Translations under genes and position numbers: made by a program | Shown here: positions 23,472 to 35,027 of the stretch, in pieces | Position numbering within the stretch: the stretch's first letter is position 1 | Layout of the letters: every line of letters begins with the position of its first letter | Notes under the pieces: generated by a model | Databases searched by the model: none | The model's input: only the letters and a program-made list of their open reading frames with translations | What the model was told of the DNA's origin: nothing | Assembly: GCF_964204645.1 (NCBI RefSeq) | Contig: NC_134026.1 | Coordinates: forward strand, 27,996,150 to 28,060,149 | Reading direction: 5' to 3' | DNA length: 64,000 bases | Origin: Tubulanus polymorphus | Lineage: Eukaryota > Animalia > Nemertea

Positions 23472-24099
23472 CTTAACATGCTTTTTATCGAAGTGATCCT
23501 TGATCGTTGAAATAAGTCACGACGCGGAATCAAGTGACAATGCGCATGCATAAGAAAAATCACTTTCAACTGATAAACTTCAAAGTTAATAGGACGAATA
23601 TTTGATTTTAATAACGTGTCTCTCCACATACTAGAAACATGATGTGACCTGCGCTATCTTAAACGTAGTACTGAAAGCTATGGGAAATATGCCGCCTTTT
23701 AATATCTTGTCTTCGTTGGCGATTGTTTAGACGGTAGTCACAATAACCTCGTGCTGGTATGTACTGCGCGTCTTGGGGATTTCAGAGCTATGATGTGATT
23801 TCTATATCCGGAAACATAATTATTTAAGAAAGATTTGTTTTTTTGGAGAAATAAACAGTACAGTACACAAAATTTGTATTTGGAAACAACTTTACGTACG
23901 AAAGAATGAGTTTGAACGTCACACTATATATTAGAATGTAGTTTTTTCCAGATACAACGCGAAGAACTAATCCCTAGAAAATTTTGGTCAACTCCAAAAT
24001 TTGAAAATATGAACTCCCTTTTCTGTACAAAAAATCAAAGAATTCTGATAAATCTTTCTAGATTTATTCGAATATGCTCAAATTAAATTGTAAACATGT

Positions 24100-24252
24100 A
24101 TAATAGAGATGTGAACCCCCCCCCCCCCAAGCTGTTATACCGTCATTTTGTATTCTTTGTATTCATGTATTATCAATGTATATTTTTGTTCAATGCGAAT
24201 TGTCAAATTTGTGAACAATAAAAATTGGATCTGAATCTGAATCTGAAATCTG
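24100..24252 (+). mobile_element. 3' tail of a non-LTR retroelement (LINE/SINE)
   Basis: C-run, then AT-rich tail, AATAAA and a short (ATCTGA)n terminal repeat, the typical 3' end of CR1/L2-type elements. Confidence 0.45.
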
Positions 24253-25660
24253 GAACAGTGTATAATTTCATGGACTAATTTCACAATTATTTTTGAAAAA
24301 GATTTCTAAAATCAATTTTTCATTTTATCATTTAGCCACGTACCCAAATATCTGAAAGAAAAAACTTACCCTTTACAAAAAAGAAAGTAAGTCCTTACAC
24401 CGTAACGTTCATGTACAAAATGTTTTAGATTATTCCGTAATCAGTTTTTACATACGGGTCGCACGTATTGCAAAGTCTGCTTGTAAATGAGGACAGTTTC
24501 ATGATATGTACTTTATGATAATAATTACTATAATGAGTTTCATATCCTGTCCGTGTGTAATTATAGTGAGTTTGCGAGTTCAAGCGAACACGCTTCTCTT
24601 CAGTGAACAGATGAATAGATCAGCAACAAAAAAACAGAATACATAAATGTAATGTAATGTGTGTGTGTGGAGTATTTGATTTATATATTCTGGATAGTAT
24701 ATATACCACATTTTCCTACTTATTAACCTTGGTAAAAATTATTTGTATATATTGAAAGCCTGTTCAGGGTACAAGCTCTTCCACACCTGTGGCGGGCTCA
24801 AATGTGTCTCCAAATAGATAGGAAGAAAAGAATCTACTGGTCAATACACGAAAATTGTGATAATGTCCATTCATCCTTGGAGAAATCCTCTAAGATTCAT
24901 CTGACTACGTCACGGTGGAAATTACTTGTTTTTCGCTTGAGCCATCATGTACCAGTAGCTCTACACCCTTGTTGACAGACCCGTGAAGTTAATAGAACTG
25001 TAAAATGAGTAAAGCCATGTGAATTGTTTAAGTTTACCTCAGTATCCATATTTTAAGTCCGCAGCCCTGTCTATATCAATGTACGTGATATTTACTAAAT
25101 ACCGGTACGGTATCTAAAGTTATGAGATGCCGAACAACACTTTCGCTCTTTTATATGGTAATGAATATTTGGCCTATTTTCTGAGCTATTAAGTCATCAA
25201 GTATATGGTTATGGTTCTTGTGTCAATAACAGTGAGCCAATAATTTATTTTTAACTTAAAAGGGAATTCCAGAGAGGTTATTAAAATAATATCCGGTACC
25301 GGTACTTAATTGATTCTGAAGTGATACGTACACTGTCGTGGCATGAAGAACCAAAATAGAATATCGCCTATTTTAGTCTAACTGTTACGGTCGTTTCTTC
25401 ACGTTAAAAAACTATGTCGAAAGGTCATTTTCCAAAGCTGTGTTTTAATACAAATATTGGCACTTTTTAAATCTATTTCATCTATTTGGTTTGGATAATT
25501 AAGTAGTTTTGTAACACCGTACCAAACATTTATATGTATGTATTATATATATACACGTGCAATTTTTTTTTCTCTGGAATGTATTTTGTAACCAATTAAA
25601 GTTAATATTTTCTCTTCTTTAAGCTGAAGTTGCAAGCTTATTAAATTGCGGATGAAATAT

Positions 25661-25672
25661 GGGATTCGAAAC
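25661..25672 (-). promoter_or_regulatory. Near-consensus isolated B-box at the CTL1 5' end
   Basis: GTTTCGAATCCC on the minus strand (1 mismatch), about 90 nt before a 5'UTR splice donor at about 25757. Confidence 0.4.
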
Positions 25673-26032
25673 TATATCAGCTTCGAACAGAACCGAACTG
25701 GCCTGACTTGAATCTAGTTAGTGGTCTCCGGATCCCTGGATGGGAGAGTCGCAGAGGTAATAAATAAATAATTGTAGTAAATGAATAAATAGTTTTCAGT
25801 TTCAAAGAGTCAAAAATTGTTTGGTATATGTGCTGAGCGTTAATTTTATAAGGTATGTATGATTAATGTATGATCAATATAATGGGTGATAAAGACCCTA
25901 CTTTAATAAAGTGTCAAAAGAAGAGAGGCGACCTCCAATTAAATTCAAGACAAATTTATTTTATTAACGAAGGGGTATGTTTTTACTATCATTTATTTCA
26001 GCAATACTGATAATACAAGTTATTAAGCAGAC

Positions 26033-29000
26033 ATGTGTGGCTGTTGTGGAGATAGAAAGGTATAATTTTCCTTTCTGATGGCCCTCAAAAGCTATTCCTA
26101 CTCTTAAGACTAAGAAAGACTGTTATTATTAATATTAAAATAAATAAGTTAGTTAAGATCAGATTAGATTTCATATTATTTGGTTTTTGAATAGGAGGAT
26201 GAAGTTGACACGAAGGTTGAAGCTCCGAATCCGCTTAAAAAGCGCAGCTGTACAGATATAATCTTTCTCATCATTTTCTTAGCATTCGTTGGTGGGATGG
26301 TAAGTTATAACTTAACAACTACTGTCATATATAGTTCACTATTCGATAACTACAAAGTATATTTTCTTCTTGCTTGATAGATTTATGTAGCGTGCTACGG
26401 GTTGATCAACGGTAATTTGTATCGTCTATTGAACGGTTATGACAGTTATGGCGATATTTGTAATTACAACAACACCAAGAATAACATGGTAAACATGGAC
26501 TTGAGCGGCAAAGACACGACTGGTTTGAAGTAAGCGTATCTCTTAACTTAATAACAAAAAAGCATGTTGATTGTAAGTTGATTAATGATTATGATATATT
26601 TATAGTTACGTGTTCTTCATGAATACTTTGTATCCGAGATCGGCGCTGACAATTTGTGTTAAGAAATGTCCGGATCGCTACATGAACCAACCGTACGAAT
26701 ATTATGAGTTCGCAAAGAGAACCGGATCGCATCTTTGCACGTACAACTGGCCTTTAGATAAATATAACACGTCGACTGGTCACATGTCTCAGGATGGACC
26801 GTGTCCCACTGAAGCGTATGAAAGGTAGGTTTAGTACCAGACTCAAAAAACCTGAACTAGCGATTAAATAAATAAATGAATGTTGATTGTTTATTATTTA
26901 GCGTACCTATACTGAATCGATGCATTCCTGCATTCTGGAAACGAACGAACATGACTGCTGACATCAAGAAATCCGTTATATCCTACCTGAATTCGATAGA
27001 CACGTTTCAAAAAGTGATGTTTGACTTGTATCAGGTTTGGAGAGAGATTCTTGGGCTTTGCTTTTTAGCTCTGGGTATGTCGACTAAATTGGCCAGTACT
27101 CTCTTTGTATTCCCAGTTGCTTATCATCTTGTTAGTATCTTATTTTCATTCTAATTATATTTTTAAGCATTCTCTGTTATTATGGTGTTCATCATACGTT
27201 TCTTGGCTCAGATTATTGTATGGGTGATCATAGCGCTCTCAGTTATTGGAAGTATTGGTAAATGAAATTCATATCATTATACTGCAGTGTTCTATTTCAA
27301 ACAAATTCGTGTAGAGCATAAAATTCACTGATGTTTAATTTTTCAGCTGGAACTGCTGTTTTGTGGGTTATGTTTGCTCATTATAAGAATAAGTTAGATG
27401 AAGACACGCACATGCAGATTCCGTTGTTAGATGTACAAATAAGCAATGAAAAAGCATTCCTTACATTCGCTATCATAGCCACGATATTGACAGTAAGTTG
27501 GCCAAATTCATGAAAACATTTATGTTTATAACGCGTCTTCTTATACATTTTCAATGTTATTTCTAGGTTATACTGTTGTTAATTCTGCTGGTAATGAGAA
27601 AGCGCGTCGCGCTCACTGTTGCATTGTTCAAAGAGGCTGGAAAATGTGTTGCAGCTATGCCATTCCTACTGATCCAACCACTCTGGACATTTTTGATGCT
27701 TATTTTGTTCTTTGTGTTCTGGTTCTTTGTGTTGGCCTGTCTTTCTACTGCTGGTAAGGTTGAGGTACTTATAAATGTGAATGCTTGCGCAGGGACTGTT
27801 TTTACTAAGTTTGAATTTAAAATCTATTTTTCAGATATTCCAGTAGTAAATAACTCAACTGGCTATATAAATTTTGAAGACGCAGGTCAAGTGCGTTTTC
27901 TCTGGATCTATCACCTTATCGCCTTGATATGGGTGTCTGAATTCATTCTAGCTTGTCAAGAGTTGGTTATCGCGGGTGCAGTAGCGACGTGGTATTTTGA
28001 AAGGTAATTTAATACGATTTTGACCTGATAGAAACCGAGAATTTAAACTGAATACTTTAGAGATGATGATGATGATGATGATTTGATTACAATGACATAA
28101 TGCATGTGTACTGGTATTTTGTTTTCAGAGAAAAAGAGAAAGTGTCATGTCCAATTGGAAAATCAGTTTGTCGAACAATCAGCCATCACCTTGGTTCTGC
28201 TGCATTTGGCGCTTTCATCATAACTCTAGTGAAGTTCCCGAGGATGGTTCTCATGTACTTTGAGAAGAAGTAAGTTTCTGGATGACATTCTTGATGTGAT
28301 CGTAAATGAGTGCAAACTTTTAATAAAACGAAATGTATTCAAGGATGAAGGCTACTGAAAATGAATGCACCAAGTTTTGCTTGAAATGTTGTATTTGTTG
28401 CCTGTGGTGCTTGGAGAAATGTTTGAAGTATCTTAATCGAAATGCTTACATCGTTATAGGTAAGTTTTATGCAATCTCTATAAGCAAGTCAAATGCCATA
28501 TGAATGTTTGGAGATGAAATGAAAATTGAAAAATAATGTTTTTTCATTTCAGCCATTGAAGGATCAAACTTCTGCTCATCTGCTAAGAAGGTACTTAATC
28601 CAGTTGCATCTTTTGATTTTAGAATTAATCAAATAGCTTCAGTCTGAATAAGGAAATTAATTGTTTATGTTGTTGTTTTTAGGCGTTTATTACACTGCTA
28701 TCTAATGTCCTCAGAGTTGCGGCCATTAACAGTGTTGGAGATTTCATGCTATTACTTGGTAAACTGGGAGTCATGGCTGCTACTGCGGCTGTCGGTGTCG
28801 TCATATTCAGTGTAAGAGAAAGTTTCTGCTGTCTATTTCTAATGATTGATATTTTGCTTTAATTGATTTATATTCTCATTATAGACTCGTAGTGATCTGA
28901 ACTACTATGGAGTGCCAGTTATAATTCTATGCATGTTTGCATTCTTCGTAGCGCATTGTTTCCTTTCTATTTATGAGGTGAGTCACTATTATTGATTGCA

Positions 29001-30365
29001 TATAAAATATTGAAATTTGTTTAAATTGAATATTTAGATTTGAATTATTTCCGTATCTAAATTTCAGATGGTGGTTGATACTTTGCTTCTGTGTTTCTGC
29101 GAAGATTGCAGAATTAATGATGGTTCCCCTGGACGTGAATATTTCATGAGCTCTACTCTTATGGTAAATATCTTTCGTTCATCCAGTCCGGTATCTTTTT
29201 AAGTTTAAGACACCTAGTACTTCCAAAAAAAGGGATTTGTTTTCTGGCAACTGTTTGGAATAACTAAATTTTGATTTGTATTTAGAAATTTGTTAAAGAC
29301 AATTATCCCTCACTCTAATAGATTCATAGGTAATGTAGGTATTGAAGTAGCATGGCATTAATCACAAACTGATAGTCTATTCACACAAAACCTGTAAATG
29401 CATCCCGATGTTAGTTACTGTATTGATTCATGATCGTATATACTCATGTACGATTACGCAATAAATGATTATATCAAACGGCTTCAGGAATCCTTTTTGA
29501 GATGATTTTCGGTGCATTTGTGAAGTTTATACCCCTAATTAGTTCGTTCTGTGGATCCATGAAAAAACCCTGAAAAATCATAATATGAAGCATGAAACAT
29601 AAATAAATTATTACAAATACTGGAACCTACGAGTCAAATTGAAAGTAAGGCACAGTTGCACCCAGGTACATTGATTGTACCGGGGTTTGACTAATGGGTT
29701 CTTATGCAATTATAAAATGGCATGATATAAGTCACACATAATAACTTTGCATGTAAATTACATGCCCTAAACAGCTTGCTGGCATGATGCTTCAAATTTA
29801 AGTCAAAATTTAATGAAAGTATGATCTGGGTTTTCCTTTTTGTACAAAAATGATCATATAAAAATATTGTTGTTCTTGGGTCTTTGCTTTAATTGATACT
29901 CTTACTTCATATGAGACAGGGTGGCCACTGACCTATAAAACTCAGGGAATCAGAAAAATCTAGAAAAAAAACAGGGAAAACTAAGGGAATTGGACAAATT
30001 TTGCAAAAAAACATGGAAAACTCGGGCAATATGTATGATATGCTTTTGACCACGTGTTATTTATCAATACGTGATTCATGAAAAATGATTAGATTATTAC
30101 ATTTAAAACCAAGAAATTTCTCGGATTCACTCAAGGAATTGTGTTATAACATGGCAAAATCATGGAAAACTCTGAAAAATTTGTAAATCAGCTGAAAGTG
30201 GCCACCATAAAGATTATTATTATTATTATTATTATTATCATGTAATATTTCCTGCAGGCCTTTGTGAAGACCACCAGTTCCCAAATTGAAGACATCAAAA
30301 AAGGTGGCGATGGCAAAAATGTTGAGATTGTTAAGGACGAAGAAGAGAATCTCAATGCAATCTAA
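26033..30365 (+). CDS. SLC44A1: Choline transporter-like protein 1
   Basis: MCGCCG start, [88 protein letters not shown]. About 16 coding exons. Last exon 30258-30365, alternative last exon 29286-29318. Confidence 0.92.
29917..30209. mobile_element. hAT-like MITE in the last CTL1 intron
   Basis: TIR CAGGGTGGCCAC ... GTGGCCACCA, with internal repeats of AAAACTCAGGGAA/CATGGAAAACTC. Confidence 0.6.
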
Positions 30366-31679
30366 TTGAAGCAGATAATAGAGAAACACAGTGTGTAATC
30401 CATTCAATACAGCTGATATCTCTTGTGTACTGTATGACTTAATCTAGTCATGTTGCAAATTCAATCTGAAGTCAAGTGCAGGATAAATCAATGCCAATAA
30501 ACCTGATAAAGCATTTGTCAACTATTGTGCTTCTAAAATTCATGAGCAAAAAAGTTTAATGATAAAGGTGATACATTTTCTGGCAATTCAATGGTCACAG
30601 ATTTTCTCGGCATGGCACCTCTATTCACTTAGATAAATATAAAATGTATATATCTGCTGTAAGCATGAAAATAGTATCGCAATGAAGTAATATATTCATG
30701 ACTTATTGATCATGAACTGTTAATTCTGTCATATTCTACGAATATTCTGTATAATTTGCATATTGAAATAACTATTTTTGAGATTCGTATAGGTGGAGAT
30801 TATTTTATTAGTTACGAGATGTAATAAATCGTTAATGCAACTTAGAAATTATTTGTCCAGCATTGTACTAATTTATTTCCGATTTTATTTTCAAATCAAA
30901 GTACATGTATAATGTATATTAATCGATGGGTATCACAGTATAAGGCGTGATTAATTTTTCCCAATTGAAAGAATAACAGTGTTATAATAGTATACTCTGA
31001 TATACATCTGAAATGTTCACCTATCGCATTATTTTATGTGGCTTGCTTATTTTCTTCTTTGTAGTTATAATTTGTCTATTAGGTATTACGACAAGTACCT
31101 ATAATGTACTATGCGTATATGATATTTTTAGTCCATTGTAATGAGGTTATTTTTGGAATTTAGATGATTTACAGATATTGTTTTGATAAAAATATCCATT
31201 TAATGTTTTTCAATGATGAAATGTCCAATAATTATTAATGTACTTTGAGTACTCAGTATTTTTGGTGTTAGTAATCGTAAGTTCATGATACGAGTTAAGA
31301 CTTTATGCAAAAATATGAATGTCAACGATCTTTAAAGGAATTCTTGCCGTTATATATACATCAAAATTTTATGATCCAAAATGTGTGCCACTTTTCTACG
31401 CAATTTCTATATACCAATAATAAGTCTTTATGTATTATTTACTAATAGTTGTTATGCTTAATGTAATGAAAGATATTGGAAGGTTTCCATATCCTAGGAT
31501 AAGATATAAGGACCAGTTTAAGCTGCTGTAATCGGAGTGAATTTGAGTTAACCCCGGTACACTACCACCGCCATGACAGCTTCTAACATGAACATGAAAT
31601 CCAAATCCAACTGACAACCAACAGAATTTGTCTTTATATTTTACACGTCATAATTTATTTGCACAGAATAATGTGTGTA

Positions 31680-32837
31680 TCAGGTGTTAAACTGTTGTTT
31701 ATTGAGACCATCTGCGTATTGGAATTCATCGCTTTTGTTATAATCGCACATATCCAGAGCTACTTCGCAGCTTTCTTTAACAACTATTTCACGATCTTTC
31801 AAATAATTCTGTAGCAGCTGCATACATTCATCAGTTGCGATTGCACCGAGTGCTTCAGCGCATTCATGTCTCACCATGGGAACCTCATTCTCATCCTGTA
31901 GATTCACCTTCAGCTGTTCTACCGGAGACTTGTTCGCCATTTGCCCTAAAACGTATGCGATCTCATGTCGAAATAAGGCACTTTTACATTTGAGACCTGA
32001 AAAACAAAGTATAAGAAATGGATGAAATAGTTTTGAGATTGATGATTTGATAAGAGATGAGTATGAAGAAGTATTTACCCTCAGCTAGCGATAAAGCTGA
32101 TTCATCATCTCCACGGTTTCTCAGGGAAAACATTGCTCTATAACGCTTGAATAATGGAAGTGTCTCATCTAAAAGTGTTGCCTTAAGTTCATTAACACTG
32201 CTTTCCTCGCATGGTGGGGCGGGATCTACTGAACAGTAGGGATTTTCTGACAATATTTCCTGCTTGGACTTTTCACTATGCAGCCACTGGATACGCTCAA
32301 CAGCCAACTGACAAGTTTCAGCCACCTGAAATACAAAATTTATTCTCCATTTACTGGATTGAATAATTCAGTGTGTAAATTTGTCTTGAGTGAAGAACTT
32401 ACAGCAACCGATGAATCTTTAGAATATTCCTTCAATAGATCAATGACTTCAGTAGATCCTATTGCTCCGAGTGCCTCACCTAAAATATTAAGAAAAAAGT
32501 GAAATAACTGAAAATAATTGAAAAGTAGTGATGAAGAAAGAATAATCAAATTACCAGCTTCGTGACGGACCATTTCATCTTGACAGGTATCTTTCAACAC
32601 CGACGACAAAATTGGTATTGCAGAAGTGTCTTTTAATTGACCTAAGCAATAGGCACATTCGTGTTTCAGAAGCGCGGACGGATCTGAAAAGCATTCGGAA
32701 ATCCCAGCGATAGCTTTTTCCGATCCCAAATTTTTCAAAGTAAAAAGAGCTCTAAATCGTTCCTTCATCGGCCTCTGTTGGTCAATCAATACATTCTTCA
32801 CGCGAACAATAACATCATCCTCTACAGTAATCGGCAT
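31680..32837 (-). CDS. DOHH: Deoxyhypusine hydroxylase
   Basis: Four HE motifs in HEAT repeats ([56 protein letters not shown]), SVDPAPP, C-terminal EFQYADGL. 4 exons. Confidence 0.96.
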
Positions 32838-33127
32838 TTTAAACGTCGAGTCGCAGATAAATATGAATACTCTCCAAAAAATTAAAAATTTTGGGCTAAA
32901 AAATTCACCGTGTTCCTTTTACAAGGAGGCTGCCATATTGTGGGCGATCCTAAATTACGGTCTTATGGCTTCGAATTGCATCCTACAAATATTGAATATT
33001 GGTATAAATACGGGATTCGAACCAACTGTGACAATTTCACACTCCAACATCCACCAGATATTCGGCGTATTGTGCAACGTGCTCTAGCGCTGTTTGACAT
33101 GGACATGCCTCACTGATTTTATTTACG
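32838..33127. promoter_or_regulatory. Bidirectional DOHH/CTU1 promoter region with a YY1-like site and a B-box
   Basis: GGCTGCCATATTG (YY1-like, about 32928-32940), GGGATTCGAACC at 33012-33023, and a CTU1 5'UTR intron gtaagc 33128 ... ttgcag 33396. Confidence 0.55.
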
Positions 33128-33478
33128 GTAAGCAAAACATAGACTTATCACACTAGTAGTAAGGACAGACCTAGCCGAAGCCGCTTGCTGACAGTGACCT
33201 TTTAGAGGCAATAGTTAGTATACTGTCCGTGGTGGCTTGTCTCAATAAAATTAAATTGAATTAGTGCCAACAGAACAACAATCTCATTCTCAATGACAAT
33301 GTGCCGTGTGTGTGTGGTGTGTAAAAAAGATTATGAAATGTGTATTCGTGACGACGACATTTAACTGATAGCCATAAACTGTTTTGTTTTTTGCAGATTG
33401 TGGTGAGTGTGTTAAATCCTACCTTCAAATAATTCTTGAATTGAAAGTTGAAAATAAGAAAGTCAAAGAACGAAGACG

Positions 33479-34504
33479 ATGCCTCGGCGCAAATGTGGAT
33501 TATGCGAGAAATCTGCGATCCTAAAGAGACCGAAGACCGGGGATACTTTATGTAAAGAATGCTTTTTCTGGTCGTTTGAAGAAGAGATTCACCATACGAT
33601 CGTATCGGCCGAATTATTCACTCGCGGTGAAACAATCGCGATCGGCGCTTCAGGCGGAAAAGATTCCACCGTATTGGCGTACGTGATGAAATTACTGAAC
33701 GAACGATACGATTACGGTTTGAATTTGCTTCTCGTGTCGATCGACGAAGGCATAACGGGATACAGGGACGATTCTTTAGAAACCGTGAAGCGTAATGAAC
33801 AGCAGTACGACATGCCTTTGAAGATTGTATCGTACCGGGAACTTTACGGTTGGACGATGGATTCGATTGTCGAAGCGGTCGGGCGGAAAAATAATTGTAC
33901 GTTTTGCGGTGTTTTCCGTAGAAATGCCCTCGATCGCGGCGCCGTGTTGGTGAAAGCCGATAAAATAGTGACGGGTCACAACGCCGACGATATAGCCGAG
34001 ACGGTCATCATGAATATACTACGCGGTGATATTGCCAGATTGAGAAGGTGTACGTCGGTATCTACCGGTTCAGAAGGGATGTTGCCTCGTTCGAAGCCTT
34101 TTAAATATACGTACGAGAAGGAGATAGTGATGTACGCGTATTTTAAGAAATTGGATTATTTTTCGACGGAATGCGTGTATTCTCCGTACGCTTACCGCGG
34201 ATACGCTCGAGCTCTCATCAAAGATCTGGAATCTATTCGCCCCAGTACGATTATCGATATCATACATTCCGGTGAGAGTCTGACGGTTAAAAAAGACGTT
34301 AAAATGCCCGTGCAAGGTCGATGTACGCGTTGCGGATATATATCCAGCCAGTCTGTTTGTAAAGCTTGTGTCCTGCTCGAGGGACTGAATAAAGGACTTC
34401 CGAAGTTAGGCATCGGAAAAACGCACAAAGTTCGAAGGTTGGCTGGTTTGAGTGAAAATGATTCTTTGTCGGATTCATCGACTAAACAAATTCCTGAATT
34501 CTAG
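33479..34504 (+). CDS. CTU1: Cytoplasmic tRNA 2-thiolation protein 1 (Ncs6), intronless CDS
   Basis: 341-aa ORF with CxxC zinc motifs, PP-loop [36 protein letters not shown] and a C-terminal CTRC...CKAC. Confidence 0.97.
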   Translation: MPRRKCGLCEKSAILKRPKTGDTLCKECFFWSFEEEIHHTIVSAELFTRGETIAIGASGGKDSTVLAYVMKLLNERYDYGLNLLLVSIDEGITGYRDDSLETVKRNEQQYDMPLKIVSYRELYGWTMDSIVEAVGRKNNCTFCGVFRRNALDRGAVLVKADKIVTGHNADDIAETVIMNILRGDIARLRRCTSVSTGSEGMLPRSKPFKYTYEKEIVMYAYFKKLDYFSTECVYSPYAYRGYARALIKDLESIRPSTIIDIIHSGESLTVKKDVKMPVQGRCTRCGYISSQSVCKACVLLEGLNKGLPKLGIGKTHKVRRLAGLSENDSLSDSSTKQIPEF

Positions 34505-34595
34505 ATGTGACGAACACCAAAAGGAATATTTATCACAATTAGTACTTTTGTATTTATAGTACTTGTACTTGGATCAATATTCAAAATAGTCTATG

Positions 34596-34778
34596 TAAAA
34601 CGGTAGCAGATCTAGATCCCTCAAGTGTCCTCGAGAATTTTAGCCCAACTTAAAACGGTAGCAGATCTAGATCCCTCAAGTGTCCTCGAGAATTTTAGCC
34701 CAACTTGAGAGACCTATTATCTTTTAAAATAAATTTCTGACACAAAGAGGTCTACTAGAGACTAGAGATCTGCTCCTG
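34596..34778. repeat. Perfect 55-bp tandem duplication at the left end of a MITE-like element
   Basis: taaaacggtagcagatctagatccctcaagtgtcctcgagaattttagcccaact occurs at 34596-34650 and 34651-34705. Right end gagatctgctcctg is an imperfect inverted copy of cggtagcagatct. Confidence 0.8.
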
Positions 34779-35027
34779 TTAGATGTACATTGATTACCAA
34801 TGTGAACAGATCAAGAAGAATTGACTAATAACAATCCCAAATAATTCCATCTAATTGAATAGATACGCAGCTTGTCACCATGATTATTAGATTTGTATAA
34901 ATATGAATATAACACAATATCAAAAATATAATAAATGGACGGAAAACCATGTCAGATCACATTAATTTCACTATCGAGAGATTCATTTGGAATAATGTTA
35001 CTAATTACGATAGTTATTATGAAAATA

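Noticed and set aside
24787-24998. Exon-like minus-strand segment upstream of the Munc13-like gene
   Set aside because: Acceptor-like site present, but all frames stop early. At most a UTR exon, unsupported.
32863-33116. 74-aa and 68-aa ORFs between DOHH and CTU1
   Set aside because: No recognisable motif, and they overlap the promoter elements. Probably non-coding.
34596-34706. Direct repeats as a CRISPR-like array
   Set aside because: Two adjacent units with no spacer, in a eukaryotic context.
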